Of a DNA stretch of 64,000 nucleotides, positions 1-12,084 are shown in pieces. The stretch comes from Squalus acanthias (Eukaryota). The position numbers were made by a program, and so were the translations under genes. The stretch is taken from contig CM059453.1 in assembly GCA_030390025.1 (NCBI GenBank), forward strand, positions 7,502,001 through 7,566,000. The letters are read 5' to 3'. The notes under the pieces are model-generated. The model saw nothing but the letters and a program-made list of their open reading frames with translations, did no database searches and was not told the origin of the DNA. Numbering within the stretch: position 1 is the first letter of the stretch; every line of letters begins with the position of its first letter.

Positions 1-1743
1 ATGAAAGGTAATGAAACTAGGGCGATTGCTAGAATGGGTGACTTATCTGGAATGAGAGTTTTGACCACGGCGGCCATTTCAAATTCTACTTCAGTCTGCT
101 TCTACCTCCTCTGTCCTGTTGCTTAATAAGTTTAAGCACTTCTGTCAAATCATCCCAAAGTCTGTTTTAGCCTTATAATATCTGCCCCAATTATTAAATA
201 CTTGCTTGGTGTTTATACATCCTCATACCAGCCAGAAACCACGCGAATCCGCCCTAAATCCTTCCTATAGTCTGGAGCCCAATACCCGCATTCTTACTCC
301 AACTGTGAACTGACTACTGCTCTCGTTAGAATCTCCACTATTCTCGAATTTATATTATTGATCTCTTGCCATTAAACCAGAGCTCCAGAAACATCTTCAT
401 ACACTTTCCACTGGAGGTGCCACTTTTACTCTCTCATGAACCTGACCCCAAATTCCTCTGCTGATTCCACATCTCCCAGCTTCCTACGGTTCAAATTAAC
501 ATCTACCACATCATATTTTCTGACCTTTAATTATATCTGCCCTTTATGTCCCCATTCTACTATATCTCCAGTATCTTTTTGTAACATCGCTTAGGTTTTC
601 TAGTTATCAACTGGGAGTTGTACTTGCAAGGTTGGCATGGGTTTCAAACTGGCGATATTGGATGCGCCTCTAATTGTACACCCCGCCCAATTTTCATTTT
701 GATGGAATCCAATTAATTCCTGCCGGGAAATTTTGACATTTTTCTCTTTAGCGCCTTCTCCAAATTATTGATGCACACAGTGAGTAGAAGCAATCCCACA
801 GGACAACCCTATGGGAAACCGTACTGGGATCCAACTATTCTGAACAACTGCGCTTAACAGCGACTCGCTGCATCGTCCCTTCTAAACAGTTTGTATTGCA
901 ATTTCTACCTTATCCTTAAATCCAAACCTCTTAATATCTTCTGCAATAATCTCCTCTGTTTACCGTCGGTAATGGCTGCTTGATTACATTTCAAGTTACT
1001 TTTTGGTGAAGCGTCTTTTGACGTCGCGAGGACTTAAAAGGCGTTGAATTAATGCAGTCTTTGTTCGTGCCTTTCCCTATCCAGCGCTCATTTACCCCGC
1101 TTTTAATTAGATCTTAATTAAAAATTAGATATTTCAGTAACGTGAAAATCAGTTCAAGCTATAATTTATTTGTTCATTCAAATCCCACGGCTACAAATAC
1201 TATTTCTGCTGAAGCCTTCTTCAGATTTACACTCAAGGAACCTGCTCTGCTTCTCCCACACACGGTGGTGTTTCCCGTCGTTTGTCTGGTCTGTCTACGT
1301 CTTGAGCATTATCGTTCTATGTTGACGTTTCTTGACAACAGAATCGAGATTTCTCTGGGTCTGCATTAATCACCATCACATAGGCAATTGCTGGTGCAGA
1401 ACAAGGTATACGAGAGGATGAAATATTCGTGACATTTGAGGAGTTAACGTTAATTCTAAGTCCAGCGTGCAAAATTTGTTCACTGGACAATATCCATGAT
1501 ACAAATAATTTGGATATATAACCTCGACTAATGGTTATTTAACTGGGCCCTTTTGTTACCCGATGAGGCATAAAACTGCATTACAACTTCGAGGAGTAAT
1601 TCAGAATGGTGACACACTTGCAACACGTGGCAGAGAAGAATGAACAAAATGTGATTTTCTTGTTATTTCATTCTCAGATTTAGTTGTAAGCCCATTTTAA
1701 TCTGAAATGTACCTAACAAGCTGGTTTTCTCCCGTTTTTATAG

Positions 1744-2055
1744 AAAAGCCAGAGATTTCACGTTATGGGGAATTGATCGCTGGACAAACTGCACGATTGA
1801 ACTGTTCCGTCACGCACAACTGCCCGGATGGCAACCTGAAACTGAAGTGGATTAATTACAATGTGTCCCGTTCTACCGCAATGGATACTCAAGATGGAGC
1901 AGAAATTAGCAATGAAAGTTCAGGTTCTCGGACAGTTTCATCCGTGATCACCTTTACACCATCATCTGCTCATGACGGGAAAATTCTGGGATGCACAATT
2001 CTAATTGATGGTATCCCAACTCCTTCAGCACAATATATTACCTTGGAGCTGAAAG
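1744..2055 (+). CDS. Copy A exon: first C2-set Ig domain (Siglec domain 2)
   Basis: ttttatag|AAAAGCC ... AAAG|gtaag, 312 bp, phase 1-1, open. EKPEI...RLNCSVTHNCPDG...W...SSVITFTPSSAHDGKILGC; the extra Cys (HNCP) is typical of Siglec domain 2. Confidence 0.92.
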
Positions 2056-2454
2056 GTAAGTGTCTGGTCGAAAGTAAACAGAGTTATCCTGACGGACAAC
2101 GGGCTCCAAATCTGCAATTTTAGCACAAGTAATTTATTAGGGTTTAGAACTGCATCAGAGGATGAATCATGAAAATCTCAGCCTCTGCACCAGGAGAGCT
2201 CACATCGATAATCAAACGTTCGGAATGGCTCTCATCTAATTCTCATCAGTCAGATTACATTAGAAACATTCATATCCATGAATCAATTATGGGGCCTACA
2301 ACAGATTTTTTGATGTGATTGTTAATCTTTATTCTATGAACTTCCAGTCAGGTTCTGAGTTTAGTCAATCATAAATGGAAGCAACAAAGGCCATGCCGAG
2401 TTCGGATCTGAAGCTATGACACCAGATCTCAGCTCTGGTTGGGCTTAATAAGAA

Positions 2455-2570
2455 CTTAAGAATTAGGAACAGGAGTGGGCCATACGGCCCTTCGAGCCTG
2501 CTCCGCCACTCCGGCAATCATGGCTGATAATCGAAGTTAACTCCAATTTCCCGCTTGATCCCCATACCCA
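2455..2570 (-). mobile_element. CR1 3' tail fragment (also in copy B at ~63535-63660)
   Basis: aagaattaggaacaggagtgggccatacggcccttcgagcctgctccgcc; its presence in both copies shows it predates the gene duplication. Confidence 0.75.
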
Positions 2571-2641
2571 ATATAATGAATTAATTAGGAGCTCAATTAT
2601 GCTTATTCGACCATCACGTTTTGCATTAACGTCTGATTCAG

Positions 2642-2899
2642 AGGGACTGGAAATCACAACCGTCAACTGCTCTATAGTCGCTGTGGAAGGAAGTTCATTG
2701 TTATTTTCCTGCACGGCCTGTGGGAAACCCCTGGTCAGTTTATAATGGGTGCAAAATGGGGAAGAGATCAGCAGGTCTTCCACTGGTGAGCTAAAGCAGA
2801 TATTGCGCAACATTCGTTCTGAGGACGGCGGTGAATATTGGTGCATAGCTGAAAATGCCCTGGGCACCACAAAACCTTCCACATAAATTTCTGTACATT
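2642..2899 (+). pseudogene. Copy A exon: second C2/I-set domain with two in-frame TAA stops
   Basis: gattcag|AGGG ... CATT|gtaag, 258 bp. TAA at 2743-2745 and 2884-2886, where copy B has AGA and CAG. EDGGEYWCIAEN motif resembles MAG domain 3. Confidence 0.9.
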
Positions 2900-3827
2900 G
2901 TAAGTATGTATTAATTTATCAATTAGACAGTAGCCTTTCATTTCACGAACTATGGATTAAATTCCAATTTTCTCTTGCCTGATTGCTGGAAGGCGCCCAT
3001 GTGCACGCGGTTGGTACAGGTTCACCCCTTCCCGCGGAAATAGCGGCAAACTACCTCGATGGCTTCAATAATGGAAACTGACCTGGCATCTCGCTCAGTA
3101 TGACAGGAGTGGAATATGGCACAATGTCTCATAAATGCAGCAGTTCTTTAATTTATGAGGTTGCGACACAAGCACATTTACTGGGACATTTACACTACAA
3201 CTAATTGTTCATAAGTTATACTCATCATCTGAAATAAACAATTTTCCAATCCTTAGAGCCGACTTGCAGCAATTTGATGATTACCAATTATTTCAAAAAA
3301 AAGTGTGATAAAATGGTGTTCAGACAACTCCTGTTACTTGTATTAGTGTTGAGTTAATAGTGTAATATTCTCGCGTCTTGGTTCTTTGAAATGTCGCCTT
3401 GTGAGCCGGACGTTTATTGAAAAATCACGTCAGTCCACCACAAATGAAGTTGTTTAAACAGTACACAAAGTGAAGACATTGAATTAAATTGACCTTTTAA
3501 AACATTGACTGGTGAGACACCTTTGTGGGCTATTATACATAATCAAATCTCTGAGCTAGCTCCGTCTGAGGGTCCCTCACCACATCTGTCATGAGATGCA
3601 TTGATGGACTGAACACTCATTGGATTTAATATGGAATTGTTCCTAACGAGCTCACCTGTTATAAGTAAAAATATAATAAGCCATGAACTGGTGCAACATA
3701 GACTGCTTCATCTTAAAATATAACAACCAGAACTATTATTGTTAGTTCAACTCATTACTTCATTGTATTTTGACACTACAACTGTTTTCATGATCATTTC
3801 CTATTGAAGTTTCCATATTTTTTTTAG

Positions 3828-4115
3828 GTAAACCCACAATTTTAGCAGGCCCGACATGCACCAACTCTGAGAATTGGACGGATTGCAGCTGCCGGATCAG
3901 AGCCAATCCCCCGGGAAACATCACGTGGGACCTCAATGGGAGAATCCTCACTGGGGACAGGTCAGATGTGGAAATCATCTCCTGGGCGGTGAATAGTCAC
4001 CGAATGGTGAGCTCCCTGAGACTGACTCACTCACCCGGAACCGGAAACCTGATCTCATGTGTTGTTGCAAACGAGCACGGTGAATCTGTCAGTATATATG
4101 ATCTCCACTCTAAGG
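3828..4115 (+). CDS. Copy A exon: membrane-proximal C2 domain
   Basis: tttttag|GTAAACCC ... AAGG|gtacg, 288 bp, open. KPTILAGPTCTNSENWTDCSCRIRANPPGNITW...ISCVVANEHG; the C-x8-CxC pattern matches the last Ig domain of MAG and CD33-related Siglecs. Confidence 0.9.
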
Positions 4116-4774
4116 GTACGTTTTTAATCTATCTGTAATGTAAAACTATAAGGGAGTTGGTACATCACTGGTCAGTCACTAACTGAACGGTGTTAGTGTC
4201 AGCAAATACCAGCTCCAGTCAGCAGGTCCACACGGAATCTAACTCGAATTAGTGTTAGGACCTATTTTCAATCAACAACTGAAAGGTGCGGTCGGCATTA
4301 TCCATTTAAACTTTCAGTCTTCTGAAACTGGCTCGGTTTATATTTTTAGATATGATGAAATTATCTGAACACCAGAAGTAGCCAGTGATCTTGGAAAACA
4401 AATTCTTCTGAATTAAGATAAACACTTTTGAAAATCCAAATTACTCTTAATACATGATAGCAAACTGCAATCTGCCCTAATTGTATGTACATGATCATTT
4501 CTATCTTGTTCAGACTCATTTAAGTATGTAAAGCCGATATTTAATAACCCATGTGAAACTGAATTATCTCTATAGATTATAAATCTTACCGCTGTAACTG
4601 GTGACCTTAGCGTTCCGGTATTATGATTGGTTTATGCCCCCTGTTTTTCCGAGGGTGGGTTTTCGCGCTAACTTCATTTTTCAATTATGATTTTTCCACC
4701 AGCGAATCTTAAATTATTTATTTCAAATTTACGCCAGGCCGCAACACAGGAATAAAATGCTTTTACGCAAGGCT

Positions 4775-7700
4775 GAGACAAGCACGATTTACCTTTTGTA
4801 AATCCATGTTGACTTTGTCCGATCCTGTCACTGTTTTTCAAATGCTCAGCTATTACATCCTTTATAATGGACTCTAGCATTTCCCCCACTACCGATGTCA
4901 GGCTTTCCGGTCTGTAATTCCCGCTTTATCTCTACCACCCTTTTTGAATAGTGGGGTAACATTAGCTACCCACCAATTCATGGGTACAGTTTCAGATTCC
5001 ATCGAATGTTGGAAGATGACCAGCAATGCATCTATTATTTCTAGGGCCACTTCCTTAAGTACGCTAGGATGTAGATTATCAGGCCCTGGGGATTTATCGG
5101 CCTTCAATCCCGTCAATTTCGCTCACACCATTTCCCTGCAAATACTGCTTAATTTCAGTTCCTCCCTTTCATCGGACCCTATGTTCTCTAACATCTCTGG
5201 GAGGTTATTTGTGTCCTCCTTTGTGAAGACAGAACCAAAATCTGCATTTACTTGGTCTTCCATTTCTTTGTTCCCCATTATAACTTCCCCTGCTTCTGAC
5301 TGCAAGGGACCTGCACTTGATTTCACTTAACTTTTTCTTTTCTCATATCTATAAAAGCTGGTACAGTCAGTTTTTATGTTCCCAGCAAGCTTACGTTCAT
5401 ATTCTATTTTCCCCATCTTAATAAATCCCTTTGTCCTCATTTGTTAAATCCTAAACTGCTCCCAATCCTCAAGATTACCGCTTTTTCCGGCCAATGTGTA
5501 TGCCCTCTCCTTGAACCTTATGCTATCCCTAATTTCCCTTGTTAGACACAGTTGAATCTCCCTTTTTGTTTTATTCTTATGCCACTCTCGGATGAACAAA
5601 TTCTGTAGTTCATCTATGCAGTCTTTGAATGTTTGCCATTGCCTATCCACCGTCAACCCCTTGAGTGAAATTCCCCAATCAATCCTACCAATTCGCGCCT
5701 CATACCATCGTAGTTTCCTTTATTTCAATTCAGGACCCTTGTCTCTGATTCAACTACTTCACTCTCCATCCTAATGAAGAATTCTATCATATTATGATCA
5801 CTCTGACCCAAGGGGCCTCGTGCAACAAGATGGCTAATTAATCCTTTCTCGTTACATAATACCCAGTCTAAGATGGCCTGATCTCTGGTTGGTTCCTCGA
5901 CATATTGTTCCAGAAAACCATCCCATAAACATTCTAGGAATTCCTCCTCCACAGTATTTTTACTAATTTGGTTAGCCCAATCTATATGCAAATTAAAGTC
6001 ACCCATGATGACTGCTGTGCCCTTACTGCATGCCTCTCTAATTTCACTTTTAATGCCGTCCCCGACCTCCGTATTACTATTTGGAGGTCTATATACCACT
6101 CCCACTGACGTTTTCTGCCCCTTGTTATTTCTCAGTTCTACCCATACAGATTCCGCATCATCAGAACTAATATCCTTCCTTTCCATGGTGTTAATCCCCT
6201 CTTTAACCAGCAATGCTACCCCAACTCCCTTTCTTTTTTGCCTATCTTTCTTAAATAACGAATAACCCTGGATTTTGAGTTCCCAGCCTTGTCCACCCTG
6301 GAGCCATGTTTCTGTAATCCCAATCAAATCATATTCATTTACCTCTATTGGCGCAGCTAATTCGACCACCTTGTTCCGAATGCTCCTTGCATTAAGACAC
6401 AAAGTCTTCAGACTTGTTTTTTTTAACGCTCTCAGACCTATATGAATTATTATTTACTGTGACCATGTTTGATTTAAACCGTTGAGTTCTTTGCCTTCTA
6501 CTTTAGTTATTCTCCTTCCTGTCTTTTGCTTTTATCCTTGTTTCCCTTTCCTCTGTCTCCCTGCTCTGGTTTCCAACCCGCTGCCACCTTAGTTTAAACC
6601 CTCCCCAACAGCACTAGCAAACACTCCCCCGAGGACATCGGTCCCGGCCCTGCCCAGGTGCAAACCGTCCCGTTTGTACTGGTCCCACCTCCCCCATACC
6701 CGTTTCCAATGTCCAAGGAATTTGAATCCCTCCCCCTTGCACCATTCCTCCAGCTATGTATTCATTTGAAACATCCTCCTATTACTACTCTGACTAGCAC
6801 GTGGCACTGGTAGCAATCCTAAGATTACTACCTTTGAGGTCCTATTTTTAAATTACGTCCTATCTCCCTCTATTCTGCTTTTAGGTCCTTATCCCGTTTT
6901 TTACCTATATCGTTGAAGCCAAAGTGCACCACAACAACTGGCTGGTCGCCCTCCCCCTCCAAAATGTTCTGTAGCCACTCCGAGACGTCCTTGAACCTTG
7001 CACCAGGGAGGCAACACACCATCCTGGAGTCTCGTTTGCGGCCGCAGAAACGCCTATCTATTCCCCTTACAATTGAATCGCCTATCACTATAGCTCTTCC
7101 ACACTTTTTGCTCCCAGCCTGTGCAGCAGAGCCACCTATGGTGCGAGGAAGTTGGCTGCTGCCGCCTACCCCTGCTAAGTCATCCCCCCCAACAGCATCC
7201 AAAGTGGTATATCTGTTTGAGAGGGGGAAGGCCACAGGGGAACCCTGCACTACTTGCCTGCAGCTCTTATTCTCGCTGGTGGTCACCCTTTCACTTCCTG
7301 CCTGTACACTCTTTACTTGCGGTGTGACCAACTCCCTAAACGTGTTATCCACGATGTTCTCAGCATCGCGAATGCTCCAATATGCATCCATCTGCAGCTC
7401 CAGCGCCGCAATGTGGTCCGTCAGTAGCTGCAGCTGGATACATTTCCCACACACATGGTCGTCAGGGATACAGGAAGCGTCGCTGATTTCCCACATATAG
7501 CAGGAGGAGCATATCACGGGGCAGAGCTCTCCTGCCATGATTTACCCTTTAATTAATTAATTACAATTAAACTGATTGAATGCCACCAATTTCAATTCAA
7601 TTAAATGATATACTCAAGAGCCTTTGCTTAACAGCCGTCCCCGCTACACCACAGAGACTCTAGAAACTATAAACCACAGAATTTAAGTATGGAAAAAAGG

Positions 7701-8255
7701 AGAAAGAGAGAAATACTCACCAACCAATCACTTACCTGCTTTCTGCTGATGTCACTCTTCGATTACTTTTTACTTCTTTACACTCACCGGTCCGTTGCAG
7801 CTCACCTTTGAAATCTCCCGAGGTTTGGCGCTCTCCAGCCGCTCTCGTTCACCTTTGAAATCTCCCGAGGTTTGGCGCTCTCCAGCCTCTCTCGCTCACC
7901 TTTGAAATCTCCCGAGGTTTGGCGCTCTCCAGCCGCTCTCGCTCACCTTTGAAATCTCCCGAGGTTTGGCGCTCTCCAGCCGCTCTCGCTCACCTTTGAA
8001 ATCTCCCGAGGTTTGGCGCTCTCCAGCCGCTCTCGCTCACCTTTGAAATCTCCCGAGGTTTGGCGCTCTCCAGCCGCTATCCGCTTTAATTAATTGAACT
8101 TAAATTAAATCAAATCAATCCCACCAATTATACTATAATTAAATGATATAGGGCCCTTGTTTACCAACTTTCCCCGCTACACCACAGAGACCCTAGAAAC
8201 TTTAAATCACAAAATTTAAGTTTGGAAAAAAGAGTTAAAGAGAAATACTCACCAA
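4775..8255 (-). mobile_element. CR1 LINE: 5'UTR, ORF1, endonuclease and start of RT; 3' end missing
   Basis: ORF1 6870-7538 has CxxC..CxxC, a coiled coil and GDS..GxND esterase motifs. APE domain 5725-6402 (CLNARS, ITETWL, GDFN, SDH). RT breaks off at QHGFTKGKSCL. Confidence 0.92.
7801..8080. repeat. 47-bp tandem repeat, 6 near-identical copies, in the CR1 5'UTR
   Basis: ctcacctttgaaatctcccgaggtttggcgctctccagccgctctcg starting at 7801, 7848, 7895, 7942, 7989, 8036. Confidence 0.95.
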
Positions 8256-8410
8256 CTTCTGTGTTTCTAAGCGGAGTGCCTCACTTTCCATTAGCTTTCT
8301 GATCCAAACATAAAGGAAACTTGATACCTCACACACAAAAATTTGCTTCGAAGATTGTTGTTTAAATCCAATTCCTTAAGGTACAGCAATGTTTCTTTCC
8401 AATTTTTTAG

Positions 8411-8504
8411 GAATATTCTCCAGGACAATTGTTCTCATCATAAGAGGAGGAGCCACTGGGATTTTTTTTCTAATTGCAGTCGTGCTCCTGCTGAAGATAC
8501 AAAG
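8411..8504 (+). CDS. Copy A transmembrane exon
   Basis: ttttttag|GAATA ... CAAAG|gtatga, phase 1-2. GIFSRTIVLIIRGGATGIFFLIAVVLLLKIQR. Confidence 0.85.
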
Positions 8505-9596
8505 GTATGAGTGATTCCTAATTACATAGAATGAAGTTTTAAAGGGGATCCTGCATCAGAAATTTCGTGTATAAAAAGGTCGTTGAAATTAATCTCCCGT
8601 GAGTAGAGTGAGCAAATGCCTGAATCGAAGCTGAAAGGAGGTGGGTCAATCGTCCCCTGACCAGTCGCTCGCATCTCCCAGCATCAGCTATGGAGTAATA
8701 TTAGTGTCTGCTTCAATGGGGCTATCTCTGCATTCTTCTTGTTATATTATTGCGATTTGTTTCCTTATAGTTAACTGACATTTTTGGACTTCTGATCGCT
8801 GTCGCGCTATGCGCCAGGGATTGTTTTCGCCTACCGTGTAATCTAGATAAAATTCGCAGTATGCTCAAAGAATGGACAGAGAAACCCTTCCAGTTAGTTT
8901 CTGCTGCTGGTTTTACGGGGCATCCTCACTCAAGCCTCCTTGCCATGTCAGGCTCCCAGCACAACACTAAACCAGATTGATATTAAGTTCTAACAATCAA
9001 GCAAGTCCAGCAAACAGTAAAACAACAAACAAATAGTCAAATTAACGTGACACATATGTTTACAGTAGTGGTTAAGTTTGTTTGGATCCAGGAGTAGAAT
9101 ATTATATTTCAAAATTGGGTGTGACTGATGTGCTAAAGTATGATATAAGGGATTATTTATGTTGGGCTTGTTATCTTATTCTTACCAGTGACTTAATATA
9201 TTTGGCATGACTAGCTCTCACTGAAAGATCTCGACAGAATCCCCGCTTATAATGGATATGCTGATAATTAGCTTCAAGGAGGTGAACGGCTCCAAGTGAA
9301 TTCCAATTATATCTATTCGGTTTACAATCTGCTGCAAACCAAAATTACTCTTCAACAAATCACAAACGATGTTTACAATTGAAATCAGTGACGGGCTCCT
9401 TAGATAGGCACCCTCCATAACAGATAATGATTCGGCAACAAAAATAACAAGATGAGTTCGAATACTCTTGTGAGTTTTGCTGGATTATAACCCTTCCTGT
9501 ACCATGCTAAGTAATATATAAATGCTTCTTTCAGTGATACTGAGGAAGGATCTCAAAGTGGTTATTGAGGAAAATTGATTTATTCCCCATTTCACA

Positions 9597-10395
9597 CTCA
9601 AATTTTGATATATATTAATAACTTGGACATGGGGGTACAGGGCACAATTTCGAAATTTGCAGATGACAGCGAACATGGAAGTGTAGTGAACAGTGAGGAA
9701 GATAGTAATAGAGTTCAAAGGGACAGAGACAGGCTTGTGGAGTATGTGGACACATGGCAGATGAAAGTCAACACAGAAAACTGTGAGGTGTTAGATTTGG
9801 GTAGGGAGAATGAGAAGAGACAAGACATGCGAAATGGTACAATTTTAAAGGGGGTGCAGTAACAGAGAGACGTGGTGCTGCTTGTGCACGACACTTTGTA
9901 ATTGGCAGGACAGGTTAATAAAGCATCAATAAAGATTATGGAAGCCTGGACTTTATAAATAGTTGCACAGAGTACAAAAGCCAGAAAGTTGTGCTCACCC
10001 GATAGAAAACATTGGTTCGGCCCCAGCTGGAGTATTGTGTACAATTCTGAGTACCACACTATCGGAAGGAGGTGAAGGCTTTGGAGAGGGTGCAGAAGAG
10101 ATTTACTAGAATGGTTCCAGGGATGAGGGATTACAGTTATGTGGATAGGCTGGAGAAGCAGGGCCTGTTCTCCTTAGAGCAGCGAAATAAATAGGAGATT
10201 TGATAGACCTGTTCAAAATCATGGAAGGTTTAGATAAAGTAAATAACGATAAATTGATTACAATGCCTGAAATTTCGTTAACCAGAGACACAGGTTTAAG
10301 GCGATTGGCGAATGAACCAGAGGCGACATGAGGACAAAATTAATTTAAGCAAAAAGTGGTTAGCATTTGAAATGCACTGACCGAAAGGGTTATAG
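9597..10395 (+). mobile_element. CR1 RT 3' fragment, degenerate
   Basis: IYINNLD..ISKFADD..WQMKVN and RPQLEYCVQF-type sequence with stops. Confidence 0.88.
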
Positions 10396-10750
10396 ATCTA
10401 GTAATCATAGATTGTAATGTGTTTGCACGTTGAAACTCTTCCATCTGCTACTTAATAAGTTGTTAAAATACTGAATGATCCTCCTATGTCCTATCAGCAC
10501 AATCAGCTTTCACCATGAGCAAGCAACTCCGCGCCATTAACCAGCTTCATTGATAAAGTCAACAGTTCCCTTTTGAAATGTAGGCAGATTGATAATTGAA
10601 AAGAATTGCAGAGCGGACGTGGTCTGTGCTAATCAGAAAACGTAAAAGATATAGGTCTCTCCTGACCTACGAACGTCCTTCACAGTATACATTAAGTAAA
10701 CATACCAGTTATCTATGAAATGTGCGTTATTGTTATTTGTTATTATTTAG

Positions 10751-10829
10751 GAAGAAGAGCAGTGAGACTGCATGCGTGCCGAAAACGACTAGTGGTGCGA
10801 TGGTGTACACTGGGGTTCTAAACGGCGAG
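10751..10829 (+). CDS. Copy A cytoplasmic exon 1
   Basis: tatttag|GAAGAAG ... GAG|gtaagt, phase 2-0. RKKSSETACVPKTTSGAMVYTGVLNGE: basic stop-transfer residues plus a Tyr motif. Confidence 0.82.
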
Positions 10830-11009
10830 GTAAGTGAAGCCAAGCTGGAGTGACAATTGTAGGATGTTTGGTGTGTTTTCAACCAGCGAGTGACCCAGAA
10901 CAGGCAAAGCCCAATAGATAAATGGGACTTTCAGAAATTTGGTCCCTAGTGTTTTAAGGGGGTAATAGCCACTAAGAGTGAAGTATATCGACGGACTCTA
11001 CAGATAGTT

Positions 11010-11490
11010 TTTTTTATTCGTTCTAGGGATGTGGGCGTGGCTGGCAAAGCCAGCATGTATTGCCTATCCCTAATTGCCCTTGAACATGTGGTGGTGAGCC
11101 GCCTTCTTGAACCGCTGCAGTCCGCGTTCTGAAGCTGCTCCCATAGTGCTGTTAGGGAGGGAGCTCCAGTATTTTGACCTAGCGACAATAAGGAATGGCG
11201 ATATATTTCCAAGTCAGGATGGTGTGTGACTTGGAGGGGAACTTGGAGGTAATGGTGTTCCCAAGCACCTGCTGGCCTTGCCCTTCTAGCTGGTAGAGGT
11301 TGCGGGTTTGGGAGTTGCTGCCGAAGAAGCCTTGGTGAGTTGCTGCAGTGCATTTTGTAGATGGCACACACTGCAGCCACGGTGCGCCGGTGGTGGAGGG
11401 AATGAATGTTAAATGTGGTGGATTGGGTGCCACTCAAGCGGGCTGCTTTGTCCTGGATGGTGTCGATTTTGTACAGTGTTGGGGCTGCAC
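11010..11490 (-). mobile_element. 3' end of a CR1/L2-group LINE
   Basis: LHHRRTVAAVCAIYKMHCSNSPRLLRQ. The same tail recurs at ~37590-37725 (-), ~48090-48155 (+) and ~48935-49030 (-). Confidence 0.75.
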
Positions 11491-12084
11491 TACCTGTAGA
11501 TAGCGCCTTCGTAAGTGGAATTAGGGTGTATTTCCCACGTTGCTATTTCTATTCAAAACAAACTCTTTCAAAAATAATGCGTTCCCCAACTTACCTTACC
11601 CAATTCCCGTTACCATTAGGTCACATGAGGTTAAATATTCAACGCAGTCACAGAAGCTGTCAGATGTATCAGAGGGATCCATATTACTCAGGATTATGTT
11701 CAATTTCCGAACTGCACCTCACTGTCGATGTGGCCCAATTGTCCATCACCTTTAAGGCGGAAGGATTTGGGTTTAAGCTTCACTCCGGCATTTGAACGGT
11801 CAGTGCAACACTGAGGGAGAGCTGCATTGCCAGTGGTACGTCTTTTGAGACTTTAAAACGCGCTCCCGTTTGCTTCTTCCTGTGGAGGGAAGCGAAATCA
11901 CGTTCTTATTGTGGAATCGGAAGAATGTTCTCCCCGTACCCTTGCAAGCATTTCTCCCAATAAACACAATCTAAAAAAGATTAATTCGCCATTTGTCTAA
12001 TTTACTGGTTGCTGCATGTTGCTCCAACAGTGATTATACTTTAAAAGTGATCCATTGACTAGCAACGCTTTGCTATTATTAAAC

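Noticed and set aside
1142-1369. 75-aa plus-strand ORF mirrored at 57165-57392
   Set aside because: GTG start, intronic, no splice signals or recognisable domain; the similarity is explained by the duplication.
2463-2882. Minus-strand ORFs 2463-2882, 3760-3978, 54693-55040 and 63695-63970
   Set aside because: Antisense shadows of the Ig exons.
7801-8080. 47-bp array as a CRISPR array
   Set aside because: Head-to-tail repeats with no spacers, no cas genes, and a eukaryotic context.
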